64,000 nucleotides of DNA. Source: Candidatus Thorarchaeota archaeon (lineage in GTDB: Archaea; Asgardarchaeota; Thorarchaeia; Thorarchaeales; Thorarchaeaceae). The stretch lies in the NCBI GenBank assembly GCA_046758445.1, contig JBHIAE010000006.1:1-64000 (forward strand), in the 5' to 3' direction. This document shows, piece after piece, positions 58,008-64,000 of the stretch (positions are counted from its first letter, which is position 1; each line of letters starts with the position of its first letter). Both the position numbers and the translations under genes were made by a program. The notes beneath the pieces were generated by a model. It was not told where the DNA came from, did no database searches, and worked only from the letters and a program-made list of their open reading frames with translations.

Positions 58008-59123
58008 TCATTTGCGTCTAACAAGTCTTTCGCCGATTTCCTCAAACGAAGGTTCCGTAGAGAGATGCTCAACGACGTCAGGTAGCGACGGATGAGATGC
58101 AGAAGCAGACGACACATATAAAGCCGCAACAGAGTTCGCCAAGGTCAGTCGGTCAGTGTCAGGAAGGTGTAGAAGAGTCCCAAGTATGTCCCCTGCATTC
58201 CACGCATCTCCTGCTCCAAGGGCAACTCTACAGTCCGCTTGGAAGGTAGGTACGACCATGCAATCACCTTCTGCTATCGTTGCGACAAAGTATTGGGTAT
58301 GCAAATCCACCCTTACACCAGTTTCCTTGGAGGTTAGCTCCGCTGCAGATAGCCAATCTTCATGTTTTGAGGACAGGGTCTTCCATCTGTCTTGTCTACC
58401 GGTCAGAGTCCATGCGAACCATCTTGCCTCATTCTCATTCAAGCTTATGATGTCAACAAGCCCGTCCGACAGCACCTGTCGTGCAAGTGGCTCAATGATT
58501 CCTTGATTTCCCGAGGGGTCTCCAATGTCGATGAACTTCGTTGCGTGCGAAGACTCCGAAACCACCTCGAACAATTCCACAGCTAGCCTTGGTGCGTCGG
58601 CATTATGATTCAGATTCAGTAGTGCAACAAGGCTGCTCTCCTGAATTGCATTCAAATCATCACTGGTGAGATCGGAGAAAGCAAAATCAGATGCCGAACC
58701 ACTGTCACTAACCATCAGGTTTACCCGTCTTCCCTCGTAGTCTGCTTCAATTGAAACTGTTGAGGAGAGCCTACCATCCTTATGGACGTGAGAGAGGTCG
58801 AGGTCCGGATGGACAAGAGTAGGTAGTATCCTAGCACCATAGTCATCGGTAGTGACAATCAGAACTGGATCCACGCCCAGTGAGAGAAGGGCGGAAGCCG
58901 TGTTTACAGCATTACCACCCCTGCGGATGAACTGTGTGTTGTCAAGGAGGTTTCCACCTCCTTGTTCAGCCAGTCTACGGAGTTCCCGGATGAAGTCTTC
59001 GAAACTGCCATTGATCACGAAATGGTCAACAAAGAAATCTGGCATAATGACGGGACGGCCTACGTCGAAAGGTTCCTGTAAGACGCCGATGAGCCGGGAG
59101 TAGTCCAGCTCGATTACCCCCAT
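58008..59123 (-). CDS. PfkB-family carbohydrate kinase
   Basis: GGNAVNTA, NENE, GAGDAWNAG. Confidence 0.9.
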   Translation of the reverse strand: MGVIELDYSRLIGVLQEPFDVGRPVIMPDFFVDHFVINGSFEDFIRELRRLAEQGGGNLLDNTQFIRRGGNAVNTASALLSLGVDPVLIVTTDDYGARILPTLVHPDLDLSHVHKDGRLSSTVSIEADYEGRRVNLMVSDSGSASDFAFSDLTSDDLNAIQESSLVALLNLNHNADAPRLAVELFEVVSESSHATKFIDIGDPSGNQGIIEPLARQVLSDGLVDIISLNENEARWFAWTLTGRQDRWKTLSSKHEDWLSAAELTSKETGVRVDLHTQYFVATIAEGDCMVVPTFQADCRVALGAGDAWNAGDILGTLLHLPDTDRLTLANSVAALYVSSASASHPSLPDVVEHLSTEPSFEEIGERLVRRK

Positions 59124-59139
59124 CCATTCTAGATGCCAA

Positions 59140-59610
59140 CTAGATCTTCTTCAGGGCCGCCTTGACCATCGCAACGATTCTGTCCTCATCGATGCCCGTC
59201 TTCTTGGCAACCTTGTCAATGTCACAATAGGCGAGGTCAGAAAGAGTTGCAATGCCTGCTGCCACGAGTCTCTTAGCTTCTGCCTTCTTCACTGCTCTCA
59301 AAGAAGACAACTCTGAAACTGCGGCCTCTGACGCGTTCGGACGCTTCTCTTTGGGAGGTCTAGGTTCAGGCTTGGGCTTGGAAGCCTCCACAGCTAGCGC
59401 CTTCATCTCCTTTACATATCGCTTCAGGGCTAGAACATTCTCCTCGTGGACTGTCTTCCGTCTTAGATCGATAATCAGCCCCATCTGGCGTGCTTCGGTG
59501 ATATCTACTCCGGCCTGCCTAGCTTCCTTAATGCTGAAACCTCGACCTGGTCGAGTACGAACGCTGTTCGGTGATTTCACCTGAGGTTCTGGGAATACAT
59601 CGAAGCTCAT
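59140..59610 (-). CDS. rpl13e: 50S ribosomal protein eL13 with C-terminal HhH (DUF4332-like) extension
   Basis: R.GRGFS..E...AG, DLRRKTVHEENV; then AKRLVAAGI.T..DLA..VAKKTGI. Confidence 0.88.
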   Translation of the reverse strand: MSFDVFPEPQVKSPNSVRTRPGRGFSIKEARQAGVDITEARQMGLIIDLRRKTVHEENVLALKRYVKEMKALAVEASKPKPEPRPPKEKRPNASEAAVSELSSLRAVKKAEAKRLVAAGIATLSDLAYCDIDKVAKKTGIDEDRIVAMVKAALKKI

Positions 59611-60080
59611 TGTCACAATCACCTACTTCGGCACTCAACCCTTAGGCGCGCTTATTAGGCTTTCGAGGTGGAGATGTTCAAGAACTGATGCTTCAATTAG
59701 GTCACTCAGAAACGCTTAGTGATGACAATTCACTTTGGCTGTATACCTTGACCGAACAATCAGGAAATAGCAAGGCCTTTCGTCAGAATCAAAACAAGCT
59801 TAACACCCAGTTCCCGTTCCTAGCTATTTAACCTCACATTGGAACCCTTCAACAGAATGGTAGCGCTTCTGCAAGAAATGGACACTTTGACCCACTTCTA
59901 GCGTACAGATTTCTCAATAGGTGGTCCCAATACTTGGAACTCCATACAATTCTGAACAACAATGAAGTCAAAGAATCCAGCCCACTATCCCGGTAGACCT
60001 TGGTGAGCTTCTGCTCCTCGGAGCGTTGCTTGAGCACCCAAGTCCCAGTCTCCTTCTCTTTTAATTTCACTCAGGACTCA

Positions 60081-60902
60081 TCAGAAGTCCTCAAGCGAAG
60101 TCTGTTCAACAGACATGTGACTTAGCATCTTCTCGAGCTTTTGTGTTTGCCGCTCGTCTATTGTGCCCATCAGACTGAGCATCTGTAGAGCGTTGAGCGG
60201 CGCATTTCCACTGAAGTGGTTGTTGAAGTAGCCCAAGACAGATTCAGCCCGATCCATGATATTCTCGATACGTGGTTTCCATTTCTCAAGCTCATCTACA
60301 GAGTAACGATAGTTGTACCACGGTCTTGTGCCGTGACCGTGCCATCTTACGTAGGCAAAGTCTGCAGTCACACGGAGATCAATGGGAAGCTTTGGCTCAT
60401 CAACGATAACATATGCAGTACCATAGTCCTCAATCAACCTATACACCGAGTTGGATAACCAGCTCTCATTGCGAAACTCGATTGCAAAGCGAAACGAAGG
60501 ATCCAGCTCTGCCAAGAATGCTTCCAGATTGGCCATCTTGGAGACTTCCCATGGAGGTAGCTGAATGAGGAGTGCCGCTACTCGGTCCTCCACAGGTTTC
60601 ATCAGTGTGAAGAACTGGCTCAAGACCTCTCCCCCTTCCCCCTTGAGTTCAAGACGATGGTCGTGAGTCACCTTCCGCGGGATCTTCGCTGTGAAGAACT
60701 TGTCACCTTTCAGAGTTGCGAGGTGTTTTACAAATGTGGGTCTTGGGAGTGAGTAGAACGTCGAGTTGATTTCAGCTGTCTGGAAGACTGCTAGATACTG
60801 TTTCAGAAGCGACTTTCTTGAGTGATAGAACACATCCAACCAGCCAGTCTTGTCAACGTAAGACCAACCACTTGTGCCAATATGCAGACCCTTTCTCATC
60901 AT
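60081..60902 (-). CDS. DUF72 family protein
   Basis: IGTSGWSY, EINSTFY, QLPP, EFRN.SW, YVRWHG, YFNNH. Confidence 0.93.
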   Translation of the reverse strand: MMRKGLHIGTSGWSYVDKTGWLDVFYHSRKSLLKQYLAVFQTAEINSTFYSLPRPTFVKHLATLKGDKFFTAKIPRKVTHDHRLELKGEGGEVLSQFFTLMKPVEDRVAALLIQLPPWEVSKMANLEAFLAELDPSFRFAIEFRNESWLSNSVYRLIEDYGTAYVIVDEPKLPIDLRVTADFAYVRWHGHGTRPWYNYRYSVDELEKWKPRIENIMDRAESVLGYFNNHFSGNAPLNALQMLSLMGTIDERQTQKLEKMLSHMSVEQTSLEDF

Positions 60903-61044
60903 CTTTACATATAGACTATGACCCTTAAGGCTTCTATTTTGTGCCTTTGTTGGGACATAGAGCTGAAGCCAAACCCCATTTCACGGAACACCTTTAAGAC
61001 TGGGGCCTCTGCGAAGCTTCGTGGACCGCACAGAGGTGAGAAGC

Positions 61045-62352
61045 ATGTCTGAACAGATCGAGTACGTGGAACTAAGGTTTGTGGACATCCTAGGGTGTCT
61101 GAAGGGAATGACGGTGCCCTGCCAGCCAGCTGATACTCTCAAGGACGTAGCAAAGGACCCCATCCTCGTTGAGGGCACCAGCATTGACGGCAGTTCTATT
61201 GTGGGCATGTCAGCAGTAGAGGCCTCTGACTTGCGACTAGTCCCAGACCCAAGTTCTCTGATGGAGCTCCCCTACTCGGCACAGAGGATTGCAGCCGCAA
61301 TGTGCTTCGTCCGGGAAAAAGAAGAGGACTTGGGACACGCCACTTGGTATCCATTAGATTCGAGAGGTGTTCTTCACTCAGTCTGTGAAAGATACCTTAC
61401 GGAAAACAAGCAGCTGAGGGTGAAAGTGGAGCCTGAGTTCCATTTCATTACAGCAGAGGGCGAACGAATTGACGGCGCTGGCTATGCAGACACGTATCCA
61501 CAGAGCCCGGGGTCAGACGTCTTACTGGAGATAGCAACAGCAATACAAAGCATGGGAATGAAACCTAGAGTATTCCATCATGAAGTCGGCGAAGCTCAGC
61601 AGGAGATTGAGATTGCCTACGACGAAGTCCGAAGAATGGCCGATTTCATCCTTGTCTTCAAGAACCTTGCGAGAACCGTTGCCAGGAGTCAGGATATGGA
61701 CGTGACATTTATGCCGAAACCCTTCGAAAGCGCCGCTGGAAACGGTCTTCATTGTCATCTACAGCTCTGGGATCGGAGCCGTAATCTCTTTGGCAAGGAA
61801 GATGGCGACCTTCTCTCTGACACAGCGCGCCACTTCATAGCAGGGATTCTTGAACATGCTCCCGCTTTGACTGCATTGGCAAACCCCACAGTGAATTCAT
61901 ACAAGAGAATGGTTCCTCGCCATGAAGCGCCTGTGTATATCACCTGGGGCTTTGTGAATCGAATTGCCCTAGTCAGAATCCCTCTCCTCGAAGACTCTAA
62001 CGGGGCTGCAGCCGAGTTCCGATCGCCTGATGCCATGACAAATCCATACCTCCTATTCTCAGCTATCATTGCCACAGGAATGGACGGTGTCAATCGCGGC
62101 TTGTCACCTCCGGAGCCTCATAGCGAGAATATCTTCAGCCTTACTGACAAACAGCTGAAGAAGTCTGGAATCAAGATGCTTCCCACCTCTCTGCAGGAGG
62201 CCCTTAGTCACCTCAGGAAGAACACTGTGATTCGGGACGCCATCGGATCTCCACTCCTAGACACATTCATCACTGTCAAGCAGGAAGAATGGAGAGAGTA
62301 CGCCAATGAAACAGTTACTGAATGGGAATGGTGGAAGTACCATTCATTCTAG
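61045..62352 (+). CDS. glutamine synthetase type I family protein
   Basis: DGSS, EPEF, HHEV..QQEI, FMPKP..GNGLHCH, NSYKR..EAP, EFRSPD. Confidence 0.92.
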   Translation: MSEQIEYVELRFVDILGCLKGMTVPCQPADTLKDVAKDPILVEGTSIDGSSIVGMSAVEASDLRLVPDPSSLMELPYSAQRIAAAMCFVREKEEDLGHATWYPLDSRGVLHSVCERYLTENKQLRVKVEPEFHFITAEGERIDGAGYADTYPQSPGSDVLLEIATAIQSMGMKPRVFHHEVGEAQQEIEIAYDEVRRMADFILVFKNLARTVARSQDMDVTFMPKPFESAAGNGLHCHLQLWDRSRNLFGKEDGDLLSDTARHFIAGILEHAPALTALANPTVNSYKRMVPRHEAPVYITWGFVNRIALVRIPLLEDSNGAAAEFRSPDAMTNPYLLFSAIIATGMDGVNRGLSPPEPHSENIFSLTDKQLKKSGIKMLPTSLQEALSHLRKNTVIRDAIGSPLLDTFITVKQEEWREYANETVTEWEWWKYHSF

Positions 62353-63506
62353 CCGTTTCGGAAGTAGCTAGCAAGTCTGTCAAAGGCCTCATCCACAGCT
62401 TCAGGAGTTAGTGGTCCTATTGAAATACGAATGTGGCCCTCGCCAGAGTCTCCGAAGATGCTTCCTGGGAGCACCAACATCTTGGACTTCTTGAGAATAT
62501 CAAGAACAAGGGAGCGAGAGTCCGAACACCCCTTCACTCGTGGGAAGACGTAGAAAGTCCCTGCCGTTCGATAAGTTTCGAATGCTTCGATCTCTCGAAT
62601 TCGTAGATAGGCTAGGTTTCTCAAGTGGCTCATGCGTTCGATTTCCGACTCGATCGCGTCAAGACTGTGTTTCAGGACCTCTAAAGCCAGCATCTGTCCC
62701 GCTGTGGGTGCACAGATAGTAATAGTGTCTTGTACCTTTAGGAACTCCTGCGTGAAGTCTGGCGGACCGACAACGAAGCCGACACGCCACCCGCTCATGC
62801 CGAAGTCTTTGGAGAAGCTGCCAAGTGTTACGACCCGGTCAGCAGCATCGCCCCTTGAACGTGGGCTATAGTGAGATGTGTCGTCAAACACGAGCCTTGC
62901 ATACGTTTCATCTGAGATAAGAACCAGATCTCGGTCAACACACAAGTCTACAATTGCATCGACAGTGTTTCGCTTGTACACCGCCCCTGTTGGGTTGTTT
63001 GGCGATATTAGGTATACAGCACATGTCTGCTCGTCAATGGCTGCCTCGATTGTTTCGGGTATAGGCTGGAACTCCTCGTTCACGTGCACCTCTTTCACGT
63101 GGCCCCCTGCAAGTCGAACCCCCATTACAGAGTTGAAGTAATACGGCGTAGGCATGATGATATTCTGACCGTGTGCCAGAACGGTGAATATTGCTCCCGC
63201 AAATGCGTGGTTTGCGCCAGCTGTTATCACCACTTCGCTCTCTGGATCAGCTGGAATGCTCCAATTCTGCCGCAGGTAGATGGCAAGCTCCTCCCTCAAC
63301 TCCAGGTGTCCTTGATCTGGTGTATACCTGTGTGTTGTGGGGTGGAGGAGCCGGCTCCCTAAGGCATTGAGTGCCGCTGTTGGAGGAATATGACCAGGAA
63401 GGCCCTGACCCAAGTTGAGAAAGTCTGGAGAATCAACATATCTTTGAGCCGATTCAATCAGTTTCACGATGGGCGGAGGCATGATTCCTTCAGTACGGAA
63501 CTTCAT
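62349..63506 (-). CDS. class I/II PLP-dependent aminotransferase
   Basis: LGQGLP, SPNNPTG, SDETY, SFSKDFGMSGWRVG. Confidence 0.94.
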   Translation of the reverse strand: MKFRTEGIMPPPIVKLIESAQRYVDSPDFLNLGQGLPGHIPPTAALNALGSRLLHPTTHRYTPDQGHLELREELAIYLRQNWSIPADPESEVVITAGANHAFAGAIFTVLAHGQNIIMPTPYYFNSVMGVRLAGGHVKEVHVNEEFQPIPETIEAAIDEQTCAVYLISPNNPTGAVYKRNTVDAIVDLCVDRDLVLISDETYARLVFDDTSHYSPRSRGDAADRVVTLGSFSKDFGMSGWRVGFVVGPPDFTQEFLKVQDTITICAPTAGQMLALEVLKHSLDAIESEIERMSHLRNLAYLRIREIEAFETYRTAGTFYVFPRVKGCSDSRSLVLDILKKSKMLVLPGSIFGDSGEGHIRISIGPLTPEAVDEAFDRLASYFRNG

Positions 63507-63675
63507 CTGACACACCATTCTAGTGAACTGCACTCAGCTCTCCGCTCAGCACCCGACCTGATAAAGACATATTGGCGGCCCCTCTGGGAAGCCATGTCGC
63601 CTAGCGGTGATAAAGGCCTGTCTATCTGAAGCTTAATATTGACGCAGACTCTTGGTACCGCGAGGTTCTTGGCGC

Positions 63676-64000
63676 ATGAGTGAACCGTGTGATGCATTGG
63701 TACTGGGCGCTCCTGAGGCGCAGGTTGTCCAGACAAAGGATATTGAGATGGATAAGCCACTGCTTGTCTGTTGCTTCCCATCGGCTGGCGTGATTGGGAC
63801 GATTGCGGCCAATACACTGATTGAACAATTCGACATGGATGAGATCGCTCATATCAGGTCAAGGTATATGCCGTCCGCAGCTATCTTCATGGATGGTAGA
63901 CTGCGACATCCTTTCAGAATCTACGGGAAGAAGGAGAAGAACTTGCTCGTGGTTACTGCAGAACTGCCTGTTGCTGAAGATGGCCTCTATGTTGTGAGCT
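63676..64000 (+). CDS. PAC2-family proteasome assembly chaperone-like protein (runs off window)
   Basis: MSEPCD..PLLVCCFPSAGVIGTIAANTLIEQ..HPFRIY..AELP; not in the ORF track because it has no stop inside the window. Confidence 0.85.
   Translation, partial: MSEPCDALVLGAPEAQVVQTKDIEMDKPLLVCCFPSAGVIGTIAANTLIEQFDMDEIAHIRSRYMPSAAIFMDGRLRHPFRIYGKKEKNLLVVTAELPVAEDGLYVVS

Noticed and set aside
59715-59775. Possible C/D box sRNA (GTGATGA)
   Set aside because: No properly placed CTGA D box or terminal stem.
59849-60070. 73-aa ORF downstream of DUF72
   Set aside because: No motif or clear RBS; cannot be supported, though a small gene is possible.

Overview
Archaeal chromosomal segment, very likely an Asgard archaeon (probably Thorarchaeia). 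The basis is eS26 and eL13, the archaeal PoK/PPS CoA pathway, class I CCA enzyme and LysRS, four small GTPases, and roadblock, longin/uDENN-like, SNAP/PCI-like and Bet3/TRAPP-like V4R proteins. It is mostly housekeeping genes plus tRNA-Gln(CTG) and an IS110 pseudogene. Most notable: (1) a transposase-less TnpB/Cas12f-like RuvC nuclease flanked by a 9-bp direct repeat (CTCTTCACA). Its ORF starts 2 nt inside the left boundary and a compact RNA-like stem closes exactly at the right boundary, a footprint unlike IS200/IS605 insertion and compatible with target-primed or abortive RNA-guided copy-in. (2) Two unannotated, highly structured intergenic RNA candidates (about 28117-28478 and 30613-30876). 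(3) A duplicated module of a roadblock/longin-like-wHTH gene plus Bet3/Trs31-like V4R genes (proto-TRAPP-like). (4) A TM-STAND-NTPase-repeat gene split at an A7 tract. (5) A class I LysRS with degenerate HIGH and KMSKS motifs. All calls come from motif reading; no database searches were run.
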